Below the pieces are notes generated by a model. The model was not told the DNA's origin, searched no databases, and saw only the letters and a list, made by a program, of their open reading frames with translations. A DNA stretch of 64,000 nt from Gemmatimonadales bacterium (GTDB taxonomy: Bacteria > Gemmatimonadota > Gemmatimonadetes > Gemmatimonadales > GWC2-71-9). Below are positions 1-9,195 of this stretch, piece by piece (the first letter of the stretch is position 1; the number at the start of each line of letters is the position of its first letter). The DNA lies in contig JBFJCP010000002.1 of assembly GCA_041615815.1 (NCBI GenBank), positions 96,001 through 160,000 on the forward strand. The letters run 5' to 3'. The translations under genes and the position numbers were made by a program.

Positions 1-2
1 AT

Positions 3-1004
3 GGCTCGGGCCACCCACTGGAACTCGCCGAGCTGCCAGCGCCGATACCCGAACAGGGAGAGGTGGTGGTGCGAGTCGCGGGATGTGGGATGTGCCACAC
101 GGATTTGCATTATCTCGATCACGGAGTGAAAACGTTCAAACCGCCTCCGTTGATTCTGGGACACGAAGCGGCAGGCACGATCGCGGAGATCGGGGAGGCG
201 GTCGCGACATGCGCCGAGGGAGACCGTGTGTTGATCCCCGCCGTTCTGTCTTGTGGGCGGTGCGGGTTTTGTCGGAGCGGACGGGAAAATCTCTGTGACG
301 ACATGGTCATGCTCGGGAACAACATCGACGGAGCCTACGCGGAGTACGTCAAGGTACCGGCCTCGGAAGTCATACCGGTTCCAGACGATCTGCCGCTCGA
401 AAAGGCTTGCGTCATCGCCGATGCGTTGTCGACGCCATACCACGCCGTCAAGCGTCGAGGCCAAGTGCGGACCGGTGATACCGTAGCGGTGCTCGGCTGT
501 GGCGGTGTCGGACTCAACGTGGTGCAGTGTGCGGCGGTTGCGGGAGCGCATGTGATTGCCATCGACGTGAACGATGCCCGCCTCGAGGTCGCCAACGTTC
601 TCGGGGCAGCAACCACCGTGAATCCCCAAACGGTGGAGCGGATCGATAAGCACGTTCGACAGCTCACCAACGGCGGAGTGGACGTCGCGTTCGAGGCGAT
701 AGGCAAGCCAGACACCATCCGTGCGGCCTATGGGCTCCTTCGGCGGGGTGGACGACTGTGCGTCATCGGGTACTCTCACGAAGAAACCACCTTGTCCGCG
801 GCCCGTTTGATGTATTACGAGTTGGAGATCGTCGGGAGCCTCGGTTGCGGGGGCGGAGAATACCCCGAAATCATCGACTTGGTACGCGCCGGGCGCTTGC
901 AGTTGGACCCGATCGTGAGCGGATGTCTACCGCTCGAGCACATCAATCAAGGCTTCGATCGGCTTCGCCAAGGAGAGGGGATTCGATGGGTGGTCACACC
1001 GTAG
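3..1004 (+). CDS. Zinc-dependent medium-chain dehydrogenase, 6-hydroxycyclohex-1-ene-1-carbonyl-CoA dehydrogenase (Had/BamQ)-like; 5' end lies outside the window
   Basis: Catalytic-Zn motifs GCGMCHTD and LGHE, structural-Zn CGRCGFC...C, Rossmann GCGGVG. Frame is open from position 3. HTDLHYLDHGVKTFKPPPLILGHE resembles Had-type enzymes as I recall them. Confidence 0.85.
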   Translation, partial: GSGHPLELAELPAPIPEQGEVVVRVAGCGMCHTDLHYLDHGVKTFKPPPLILGHEAAGTIAEIGEAVATCAEGDRVLIPAVLSCGRCGFCRSGRENLCDDMVMLGNNIDGAYAEYVKVPASEVIPVPDDLPLEKACVIADALSTPYHAVKRRGQVRTGDTVAVLGCGGVGLNVVQCAAVAGAHVIAIDVNDARLEVANVLGAATTVNPQTVERIDKHVRQLTNGGVDVAFEAIGKPDTIRAAYGLLRRGGRLCVIGYSHEETTLSAARLMYYELEIVGSLGCGGGEYPEIIDLVRAGRLQLDPIVSGCLPLEHINQGFDRLRQGEGIRWVVTP

Positions 1005-1453
1005 CGCCCGATCCGTTCCAGCGATTCGAAGAGGAGCACGCGGAAGCGCTCCGCGAGTTACAACGCCTCGAGCACGCCGCCATGGCACTGGAAAACGGTG
1101 AGCGTCCATCAAGCTACCTGCGAATCGTCCGTGAAGTCCACACCTTTCTGAGTACGGCCGTGCGCACGCACAATGAAAACGAGGAGCGCGCGCTCTTCGG
1201 TCTGCTCGGTGAAGACGCACCGGTGGCGCTGTTCGAGGAAGAGCATCGGATGCTCCGCACCATGGAGCACGATCTGGGACGAGCGCTCGACGGTCGCGAC
1301 CCCGTGCAGGACATCCCCCCGATTGCTCGCGAGCTGATCGGCATCCTCCGCGCACACATCGAGCGGGAAGACCAGGTGCTCTTCCCCATGGCGCGAGCGC
1401 TCTTGGGCCCCGAGGGAACGGCGGTGGTCGCGCGGCGGCTTGCGAGTACGTAG
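986..1453 (+). CDS. Hemerythrin/HHE cation-binding domain protein (155 aa)
   Basis: EEEH...HNENEE..LF...EEEH...HIERED..LFP pattern. ATG at 986 follows AGGAGAGG and overlaps the end of the dehydrogenase gene. Confidence 0.8.
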   Translation: MGGHTVAPDPFQRFEEEHAEALRELQRLEHAAMALENGERPSSYLRIVREVHTFLSTAVRTHNENEERALFGLLGEDAPVALFEEEHRMLRTMEHDLGRALDGRDPVQDIPPIARELIGILRAHIEREDQVLFPMARALLGPEGTAVVARRLAST

Positions 1454-1591
1454 CGATTGCACGGATTCGCTTCCGATCGCCCCGTAACTTCGAGTCGCTG
1501 ACACCCGCGCGCTCTACGGAACCCCGACCCCACGCCTCGGGTTTACCGGAATGATTAGACTTCTGACCGACCGCAACCACCGGACAGCCCA

Positions 1592-4012
1592 ATGACCCTC
1601 ATGATCGTTGGCGTCACGCTCCTTCTAGGCCTCGCGCTGCTCTATCTCCGCCGCCCTCTCTTGGCCTGGGTCCTGCCGGGCGCCACCGTGTTGCTCTGGT
1701 GGGGGGTCACTACCGGCGCCGCCTCCCCGCCCTTTCGGATCACGGCCGCGGTCTTCGCCCTCGCGGTGATAGCGCTCGGCTTACCACCGGTGCGGCGCGT
1801 ACTCATCAGTACTTGGCTCATGCGGATCATGCGGGGTGTCCTGCCACGCATGGGCGAAACGGAGCGGATCGCCCTCGAGGCAGGGACCGTGTGGTTCGAC
1901 GGTGACCTCTTCTCGGGCGCTCCCAGCTGGAAGCGGCTCATGGCGTTCCCGGTGCAGGGCCTTTCCACGGAGGAGCAGAGGTTCTTGGATGGACCGGTCC
2001 AGGAGCTGTGCGCCAGAGTGAACGAGTGGGAGGTCGTGCAGCGGGGGGATCTATCTCCGGAGATGTGGGCGTTCATCAAGCAACACCGATTCTTCGGTAT
2101 GATCATCCCGAAAAACTTTGGCGGACTCGGGTTTTCCGCGGCCGCGCATTCGGCAGTGATCACGAAGCTCGCGAGCCGAAGCGTCACGGCTGCGGTGACG
2201 GTGATGGTACCCAACTCCTTGGGCCCCGCCGAGCTGCTGCTGCACTACGGGACGGACGACCAGAAACGACACTATCTCCCTCGTCTCGCCAACGGCGAGG
2301 AGATTCCGTGCTTCGCACTGACCGGTCCCGAGGCCGGGAGCGACGCCGCCGCCACACAGAGTGAGGGGATCGTGTGTCGGGGCACCTACGAGGGGAAAGA
2401 AGTGTTGGGGATGCGCCTGAACTGGCGGAAGCGGTATATCACCTTGGGACCGGTAGCGACCCTGATCGGCCTGGCGTTTCGCCTGCGGGATCCGGACCAT
2501 CTTCTCGGTGACCGGGATGACCTGGGTATCACCTGCGCCCTCATCCCGGCCAAGCTGCCCGGCATTCAGATCGGGCAACGACACGATCCCATGGGTGTGC
2601 CGTTTCACAACGGACCCAACTGCGGATTCGATGTCTTCGTGCCGCTCGAGTTCATCATCGGCGGCCGCGAGATGGCTGGACAGGGCTGGCGCATGTTGAT
2701 GGAGAGTCTGGCCGCCGGTCGATCGATCTCGCTTCCGTCACTTGCCGCATCATCGGGAGCGCTGGCTGCCCGTGTGGTGGGTGCCTATGCCACGGTGCGC
2801 GAACAGTTCGACACGCCGATTGGGCGGTTCGAGGGGATCGAAGAACCGCTCGCTCGGATCGGCGGACTCGCATACGTCATGAACGCTGCGCGTTGGCTCA
2901 CCGCGGCCGCGGTAGATGCTGGAGAAAAACCGGCGGTGTTGTCCGCTGTGGTCAAGGCCTACCTGACGGAAGGGATGCGCCAAGTCGTGAACGATGCCAT
3001 GGATATCCGCGCCGGTGCCGCCATCTGTCGCGGTCCGCGGAACATTCTGGCCCGGGCGTATCAGGCCGTCCCCATCGGGATCACGGTGGAGGGCGCCAAT
3101 ATTCTCACCAGGTCGATGATTATCTATGGCCAGGGTGCCATTCGGTGTCACCCCTACGTGCAGGACGAAATGCGGGCGGTGGCTCAGGGCGATGTCGCAC
3201 GCTTCGATCGTGCATTCTTTGGGCACGTTGGCTTCGTCTTTTCCAACGTTGCTCGTGCAGCTCTCTTGGGTCTCACCAACGGACGGCTGGCTGGATCGCC
3301 GGTGTCCGGACCGGCGGGCAGTTACCTCCGCCGCTTGTCACGCATGAGCGCTGCATTTGCGGTGGTCTCGGATACCGCGATGGCGACACTCGGCGGCAAG
3401 CTCAAACGTCGGGAAAAGATCAGCGGCCGGCTCGCCGACGCCCTGGCGTGGATGTATCTCGCGTCGGCCACGGTCAAGCGATTCGTGGAGGACGGAAAGC
3501 CGGCCAGGGACCTCCCGTTCGTGGCATGGGGCTGTGCCCATGCACTCCACCAAATCCAGACGGCGCTCGCCGGCATCCTGGACAACTTCCCCAACCGTCC
3601 GGCCGCCTGGCTCTTGCGACCCGTGATCTTCCCCCTGGGTCGACGTTATCGGCCGCCCAGCGATCATGTCGGATCCGCGGTAGCGCGGGGCTTGTTAGAG
3701 GATCGTGCGGCACGGCTGGCGCTGACGGCTGACATTTATGTTCCCCCGCCCGACGAGCCGGGTCTCGGACGTCTCGAGGCGGCGTTGGACGAAGCAGTCG
3801 CGGCCCTGGCGGTGGAGACGAAGATCCGGGATGCCGTCCGCGCGGGAAAACTCGACAAAGCGCCCGGCGACGTGTTGCTGGAAGCAGCGGTCGAGGCTGG
3901 CATCATCACCGAGCAGGAGCGTGATCAGGTCTTGTGCGCCGACCAAGTTCGGGATGAGGTGATTCAGGTCGATGCGTTCGACCCCACCCCATTTGCTTCG
4001 CTCCGTGGATGA
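1592..4012 (+). CDS. fadE: Membrane-anchored acyl-CoA dehydrogenase, FadE type
   Basis: 806 aa, N-terminal TM helices, PCFALTGPEAGSDA, KRYITLGP, R.QF..PIG.FEGI, ITVEGANILTR, long FadE-type C-terminal domain. Confidence 0.92.
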   Translation: MTLMIVGVTLLLGLALLYLRRPLLAWVLPGATVLLWWGVTTGAASPPFRITAAVFALAVIALGLPPVRRVLISTWLMRIMRGVLPRMGETERIALEAGTVWFDGDLFSGAPSWKRLMAFPVQGLSTEEQRFLDGPVQELCARVNEWEVVQRGDLSPEMWAFIKQHRFFGMIIPKNFGGLGFSAAAHSAVITKLASRSVTAAVTVMVPNSLGPAELLLHYGTDDQKRHYLPRLANGEEIPCFALTGPEAGSDAAATQSEGIVCRGTYEGKEVLGMRLNWRKRYITLGPVATLIGLAFRLRDPDHLLGDRDDLGITCALIPAKLPGIQIGQRHDPMGVPFHNGPNCGFDVFVPLEFIIGGREMAGQGWRMLMESLAAGRSISLPSLAASSGALAARVVGAYATVREQFDTPIGRFEGIEEPLARIGGLAYVMNAARWLTAAAVDAGEKPAVLSAVVKAYLTEGMRQVVNDAMDIRAGAAICRGPRNILARAYQAVPIGITVEGANILTRSMIIYGQGAIRCHPYVQDEMRAVAQGDVARFDRAFFGHVGFVFSNVARAALLGLTNGRLAGSPVSGPAGSYLRRLSRMSAAFAVVSDTAMATLGGKLKRREKISGRLADALAWMYLASATVKRFVEDGKPARDLPFVAWGCAHALHQIQTALAGILDNFPNRPAAWLLRPVIFPLGRRYRPPSDHVGSAVARGLLEDRAARLALTADIYVPPPDEPGLGRLEAALDEAVAALAVETKIRDAVRAGKLDKAPGDVLLEAAVEAGIITEQERDQVLCADQVRDEVIQVDAFDPTPFASLRG

Positions 4013-4015
4013 TGG

Positions 4016-5137
4016 TCACGTGGCCGCGTGCCGGAACCGGCTCGTGGCAAACCACAGTAATCCACAGCCGATCACGAGGAGCGCGGTGTATTGGGTCCAA
4101 AGCGCGGAGACCCCCACGCCCTTGAGAAACACGGCACGCACGATCTCGATGTAATGCCGCACGGGGTTCCCGATTGTGAGCCACTGGAAGACCTTTGGCA
4201 TGCTGCTCACCGGAAACATGAAGCCGGAGAGCAGGATCGTCGGCATGAACACCAGAAAACTCGCCATAAAGGCTTCCTGCTGCGTTCTCGAGATGGTCGA
4301 GATCAATAACCCGAGTCCCAGACCCGACAAGAGAAACAGGACGCTGCCCACGAGCAGCAGCAACACGCTTCCGCGAAACGGCACCCCGAACCAGAACAGC
4401 GCCACCGTCGTGACGAGTGTCAAATCCGCCAGTCCAATCAACGCAAAGGGAATCGTCTTCCCGGCAATGAGCTCTCCCGCCGTCAGCGGACTCACGCGGA
4501 GCTGCTCGAGAGTACCGATCTCTCGTTCGCGTACGATGGCGAGGGACGTGAGTAGCAGACATACCAGAAGAATCAACGCACCTACGACAGCCGGCACGTT
4601 GTAGTCGCGGCTGGAGAGGTCCGGATTGAACCATGCGCGCGCTCGCAAGTCGACGGCTGGGGTCTCGGCTTTGGGCCGCCAGCGCAACCCGTATGTGGTG
4701 ATGATCTGCTCCGCATAGCTCCTGGCCACCCCGGCGGTGTTCGAGTTCGTACCGTCCAGCAGAAGTTGAACCTGTGCACCACGGTGGTCTTCAAGCGCCG
4801 TCGCGAACCCACGCGGAATCTCGAGGGCCACCACCGCGTGACCCCCATCTAGTGCCCGGATCACGTCAGCCGACTGCTCGGACTGATGACGGATCTCGAA
4901 ATAGCCTGAGGCCGAGAGCGCGTCCACGAGCTCTCGCGATGCGGCGGTACGGTCGTGGTCGACGACGATGGTGGAGGTGTTCCAGATGTCGGTGGACACG
5001 GCATAGCCGAAAACCAGGAGTTGGATGATCGGGGACACGAAGATGACCCTGATCATCCGCGGATCACGGAAGATCTGACGGAATTCCTTGGCCAGCAGCC
5101 CACGAACCCGCTCGATCCGCTCGCCCCACGATGTCAT
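4016..5137 (-). CDS. ABC-2 type exporter permease (YbhR-like)
   Basis: KEFRQIFRD, FNPDL, REREIGTLEQL, LSGFMFP. ATG at 5137 forms an ATGA overlap with the upstream permease stop. Confidence 0.9.
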   Translation of the reverse strand: MTSWGERIERVRGLLAKEFRQIFRDPRMIRVIFVSPIIQLLVFGYAVSTDIWNTSTIVVDHDRTAASRELVDALSASGYFEIRHQSEQSADVIRALDGGHAVVALEIPRGFATALEDHRGAQVQLLLDGTNSNTAGVARSYAEQIITTYGLRWRPKAETPAVDLRARAWFNPDLSSRDYNVPAVVGALILLVCLLLTSLAIVREREIGTLEQLRVSPLTAGELIAGKTIPFALIGLADLTLVTTVALFWFGVPFRGSVLLLLVGSVLFLLSGLGLGLLISTISRTQQEAFMASFLVFMPTILLSGFMFPVSSMPKVFQWLTIGNPVRHYIEIVRAVFLKGVGVSALWTQYTALLVIGCGLLWFATSRFRHAAT

Positions 5138-6249
5138 AGCAATTCCTTCTTGAAGACTCTCGTGGCGGCGAAAAGACCAACGACCGCAAAAGCAATCATC
5201 AGCAGCCCCTGGACGCGCAGCACCTCGACACCCACGCCCTTGAGAAAGATGCCGCGTGTCACGACGAGGAAGTACCGGGCAGGAATGAGATACGTCACGG
5301 CCTGCAGCGGCTTCGGCATCACCTCGATGGCGAACATGAAGCCCGATAGGAGGAACGCGGGGAGAAACGTCGTGATCATTGCCAACTGCGTTGCCAGAAG
5401 CTGTGACTTGGCCACCGCGGAGATGAAGATCCCCAACCCCAACGCGCCAATGAGAAAGGCCGTGGACAGCATCATCAGGAGCAGGGCGCTTCCCCGGAAC
5501 GGAACGTCGAACACCGCCACACCAATCACACTCACGAGAAGGACGTCGATCAATCCGATGGCCAGATAGGGGAGGAGCTTGCCGAGGACGACCTCGCCAC
5601 GTGCCACCGGTGTCGCTGCAAGCTGTTCCATGGTCCCGCGCTCCCACTCGCGGGCGATGGTGAGCGAGGTGAGCATGGCAGCGATGATCATCATGATCAC
5701 TGCCACCAGGCCGGGAACGATCATGTTCTTGCTGACGAGCTCCTCGTTGTACCACACCCGAGTCTCCGTCCGCAGCGGTGGTTCGACGGTTCGACCCGCC
5801 AACTGCACTCGGGCGGAATACGACCGAACAATTGCCCCGGCATACCCGAGAGCCACCGTGGCAGTGTTCGCGTCGCTTCCGTCGGCCAGCGCTTGGAGCT
5901 GCGCGGGCCGGCCCGCATCGAGATCGGCGGCGAAATCCGGCGGGATCACGAGCGCCACCCGCACGCGCCCCCGGTCGAGCGCGTCATCGATGTCCCCCGG
6001 ACGATCCGCCGTCAGAATAGGTGTGAAATAGCCCGACGACCAAAACGCGTGAAGCAGATCTCGACTTCGCTGCGACTGGTCCCGGTCGAGCACAGCGGTG
6101 GGGATGTCGTCCACATCCCAGCTGATGGCGTAGCCGAACAGAATGACCAACAGGACCGGCAGCAGAAACGCCATGATCAAGCTCCGGGTGTCCCGCCGGA
6201 GCTGAATGATCTCCTTTCGCGCCATAGCCAGTAACCGAGTGGCGTTCAT
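5134..6249 (-). CDS. ABC-2 type exporter permease (YbhS-like)
   Basis: KEIIQLRRD, DGSDANTA, WYNEEL, AREWERGTMEQL, LSGFMF. Confidence 0.92.
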   Translation of the reverse strand: MNATRLLAMARKEIIQLRRDTRSLIMAFLLPVLLVILFGYAISWDVDDIPTAVLDRDQSQRSRDLLHAFWSSGYFTPILTADRPGDIDDALDRGRVRVALVIPPDFAADLDAGRPAQLQALADGSDANTATVALGYAGAIVRSYSARVQLAGRTVEPPLRTETRVWYNEELVSKNMIVPGLVAVIMMIIAAMLTSLTIAREWERGTMEQLAATPVARGEVVLGKLLPYLAIGLIDVLLVSVIGVAVFDVPFRGSALLLMMLSTAFLIGALGLGIFISAVAKSQLLATQLAMITTFLPAFLLSGFMFAIEVMPKPLQAVTYLIPARYFLVVTRGIFLKGVGVEVLRVQGLLMIAFAVVGLFAATRVFKKELL

Positions 6250-6320
6250 TGTCTATTCGTCATTCTGTGATCTGCGTTCTGCGTCCTCTGTTTGTTCTTC
6301 CCCTCTGCGCTCTGCCCTTG
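6250..6320. repeat. Pyrimidine-rich degenerate (c)tctgcg-type short repeats in an intra-operon spacer
   Basis: tctgtg, tctgcg, tctgcg, ctctgt, ctctgcg, ctctgcc within 70 bp. Confidence 0.45.
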
Positions 6321-7271
6321 CTACTCCACCGGCGCTCCACCCTCCGCGCGCACACGCGCGACGAATACATCTTCCAGCGATGGGGCGATTTGCCGGAGGC
6401 TCTCGAGCGCGATCCCCCCCGCTTCCAGGGAGGTGGGAATACGCGCTGTCGCCGCCTCCACGTCCTGCACGGCGACGTGAAGGGACCGGCCAAACATGGC
6501 TGCCTCGATGATGCCCGGTGTCCCACGAAGCACTTCCACCGCCCGCGGGGTATCGTCCACCTGGACCTCGAGGATCGGCTCTCTCATCTCCTGCCGCAGC
6601 CGCGCGGGTGTGTCCAGCGCGATGAGGCGCCCACGGTTCATGAGCGCGAGGCGATGACAGTATTCCGCTTCCTCCATGTAGTGGGTCGTGACGAAGATCG
6701 TCGTGCCCTGTGCGGCAGTCGCATCGATCAAATCCCAAAAGCTCCCTCGAGAAATCGGATCGACACCCGAGGTGGGCTCGTCGAGAAACAGAATGGGTGG
6801 CTCGTGCAGGAGGGCGCAGCCAAGGGCCAGTCGCTGTTTCCATCCCAGTGGCAGCTCCCCCGTGAGGCGCCGCCGCTGATCGCCGAGTCTGGCCATCTCG
6901 AGAACCCATGCGCGGCGGGCGAAGCGATGCGGCTCCTGAACACCGTAGAGGCGTGCGAAAAAATCGATGTTCTCTTCCACCGTGAGGTCGGCGTACAGCG
7001 AGAATAGCTGCGACATGTACCCGATGCTGTGCTTGATCGAACGTCGCTCGCGCGTGATGTCGTATCCCGCAACCGTTCCGTGCCCCGACGTGGGGGCCAC
7101 GAGCCCCGCCAGCATTTTGATCGTCGTCGTTTTCCCCGCCCCGTTGGGACCGAGGAAGCCAAATATTTCCCCTCGCCCAACCTCGAATGAGACCTCGCTG
7201 ACAGCCGTGAAGTCTCCGAACCGTTTCGTGAGGTTTTCGGCGGACACGGCCGGCCCCGATGTGGCACTCAT
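6321..7271 (-). CDS. ABC transporter ATP-binding protein (like the second half of YbhF)
   Basis: Walker A GPNGAGKTT, degenerate signature LPLGWKQR, Walker B LFLDEPT, TTHY. ATG at 7271 forms an ATGA overlap. Confidence 0.92.
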   Translation of the reverse strand: MSATSGPAVSAENLTKRFGDFTAVSEVSFEVGRGEIFGFLGPNGAGKTTTIKMLAGLVAPTSGHGTVAGYDITRERRSIKHSIGYMSQLFSLYADLTVEENIDFFARLYGVQEPHRFARRAWVLEMARLGDQRRRLTGELPLGWKQRLALGCALLHEPPILFLDEPTSGVDPISRGSFWDLIDATAAQGTTIFVTTHYMEEAEYCHRLALMNRGRLIALDTPARLRQEMREPILEVQVDDTPRAVEVLRGTPGIIEAAMFGRSLHVAVQDVEAATARIPTSLEAGGIALESLRQIAPSLEDVFVARVRAEGGAPVE

Positions 7272-8197
7272 GGGATCTCGGCTTCGCCAATCTTGTCCAT
7301 GAAGACGTCTTCGAGGGACGGATCGATGTGGGTGATATCCGTGACACCCACGCCCGCGGCGCTGAGCGCTTGGGTAATGGCGGGGATGGCGGCCGCCGAG
7401 CCGACCGTAGCGTGCAACCGGTCGCCGAACACGGCCGCTCGAACCACTGCGGGATGATCTGCCAGGACGGTCCGCGCCGCACGCACGCGATCCACGTGAA
7501 CCGAGAGCACGACACCCGGCAGCTCGTCCCTGAGCACATCGGGCGCGTCGAGCGCGAGGACGCGCCCACGGTTCAACAATGCCAACCGGTCGAACCGTTC
7601 GGCCTCGTCCAGGTACGCCGTGCTGACGATCACCGTCACCCCTTGGGCCACCATCTCGTGGATGATGAGCCACAGATCACGACGCGAGATAGGATCGACG
7701 CCAAAGGTCGGCTCGTCGAGGAGCAAGACCCGTGGCTGATGGATCAGCGCACAGGAGAGCCCGAGCTTTTGCTTCATGCCGCCGGAAAGCTGCCCGGCGA
7801 GTCGATTCGCAAAGTTCCCGAGATTGGAGAACTGATACAGTCGTTCCAAGCGCGCGGGCCGCTCTTGCTTCGGGACTTGATAGAGGTCAGCGTAGAACTG
7901 CAGGTTCTCGGACACCGTCAGATCCGCATAGAGGCCGAAGCGTTGCGACATGTAGGCGATCTCGTGCTTCACCCCTTCGGGATTCCGCACGACGCTCACG
8001 CCAGCCACCTCGGCATCGCCGGCGCTGGGCTGCAGCACGCCCGCCAGCATACGCAGCGTCGTGGTTTTGCCGGCACCGTCGGGACCTACCAAGCCAAAGA
8101 GCTCGCCGCGCGCAACGTCGAAGGTGAGCGCGTCGACGGCTACCAGGTCACGGAAGCGTCGGGTCAAACCGCGCACGCGCACCGCCACGGCCTCCAT
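7268..8197 (-). CDS. ABC transporter ATP-binding protein (like the first half of YbhF)
   Basis: GPDGAGKTT, LSGGMKQK, LLLDEPT, STAYLDEAE. Start is ATG 8197 or TTG 8203. Confidence 0.92.
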   Translation of the reverse strand: MEAVAVRVRGLTRRFRDLVAVDALTFDVARGELFGLVGPDGAGKTTTLRMLAGVLQPSAGDAEVAGVSVVRNPEGVKHEIAYMSQRFGLYADLTVSENLQFYADLYQVPKQERPARLERLYQFSNLGNFANRLAGQLSGGMKQKLGLSCALIHQPRVLLLDEPTFGVDPISRRDLWLIIHEMVAQGVTVIVSTAYLDEAERFDRLALLNRGRVLALDAPDVLRDELPGVVLSVHVDRVRAARTVLADHPAVVRAAVFGDRLHATVGSAAAIPAITQALSAAGVGVTDITHIDPSLEDVFMDKIGEAEIP

Positions 8198-8199
8198 GG

Positions 8200-9195
8200 T
8201 CAATGACTCGCCACGTCGAGACGGACGTCCGCCGGAATCCCCGGCTTCAGATCGCCTCGATCGTCGTCGGTGATACGGACCTTGACCGCATACACCAGCT
8301 TCACGCGCTCCTCGGCCGTCTGCACGTTCTTGGGCGTGAACTCCGCCTGCGACGCAACGAACGTGACCTCGCCGAGGTAGACTCGATCGGGATAGGTGTC
8401 CGTCGTGATCGTCGCTGTCGTGCCGAGCTTTACCGCCGCCACACGGTCTTCTCGAACATAAATGCGCACCCAACGTTCGTTTGGGTTCATGATCGTGAGC
8501 ACTGCGACACCGGCGCCCACGGTTTCTCCGGGCTCGTGGTGACGCACGGTAATGACGCCGTCGAACGGAGCTACCACCGTCATGCTTGCGAGCGTGGCAT
8601 CGATCGCTTTCAACGCGGCCCGCGCCTGCACGAGCTGTGCCCGCTGCGCTTCCGTCCGTTCCGGACGCGGACCGGCTTCCAAGAGCTTGAGTTGCTCTTC
8701 TGCCTGCTCGAACTGATCCCGTGCAACCTCGAGCGTCAGCGCGGCCTTGTCGTAGACTTCTTGGCTGATGGCCCCGCCTTCGTGCAGGCGCCCCGCGCGA
8801 GCCACGTCCCGCTCCGCATCTAGCACCCGCGCTCGCGCCGCATTGCGAGCTGCCCGGCCCTGTGACACTTCTTCACGGCGAAAGCCAGCCTCCAATTCGC
8901 GCAGCAGCGCATCGGCAGCAACGACCTGCGCCGCCGCTTGCTCCCGCCGGGCCAGCATCTCATCCCGATCGAGCCATGCCAGCACATCTCCTGCCCGAAC
9001 GAGATCCCCTTCACGAGCGGCGATACTGTCGACACGCCCTGGGACCTGATAACCAAGTCTGGCCTCCGTCGCTTCTACGGTCCCCGATGCCGCGAGGTCG
9101 GTCTGACCATTCCCTCCCGCGATGATGATCGCCAGGACGATGGCCACGCCAACGACCCCGCCCCACACCAGGATGCGACGCTGCTTCGGACTCAT
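8200..9195 (-). CDS. HlyD-family membrane fusion protein (YbhG-like)
   Basis: N-terminal TM helix, SGTVEA, coiled-coil hairpin, APFDG, AEFTPKNVQT, LKPGIPADV. ATG at 9195 overlaps the TolC stop. Confidence 0.9.
   Translation of the reverse strand: MSPKQRRILVWGGVVGVAIVLAIIIAGGNGQTDLAASGTVEATEARLGYQVPGRVDSIAAREGDLVRAGDVLAWLDRDEMLARREQAAAQVVAADALLRELEAGFRREEVSQGRAARNAARARVLDAERDVARAGRLHEGGAISQEVYDKAALTLEVARDQFEQAEEQLKLLEAGPRPERTEAQRAQLVQARAALKAIDATLASMTVVAPFDGVITVRHHEPGETVGAGVAVLTIMNPNERWVRIYVREDRVAAVKLGTTATITTDTYPDRVYLGEVTFVASQAEFTPKNVQTAEERVKLVYAVKVRITDDDRGDLKPGIPADVRLDVASH

Noticed and set aside
5138..5755. N-terminal extensions in the ORF track (e.g. 4016..5755, 6321..7673, 7268..8473, 15742..16881, 35105..36562, 758..1453)
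   Set aside because: Extensions overlap neighbouring genes. RBS or stop/start overlaps identify shorter starts.
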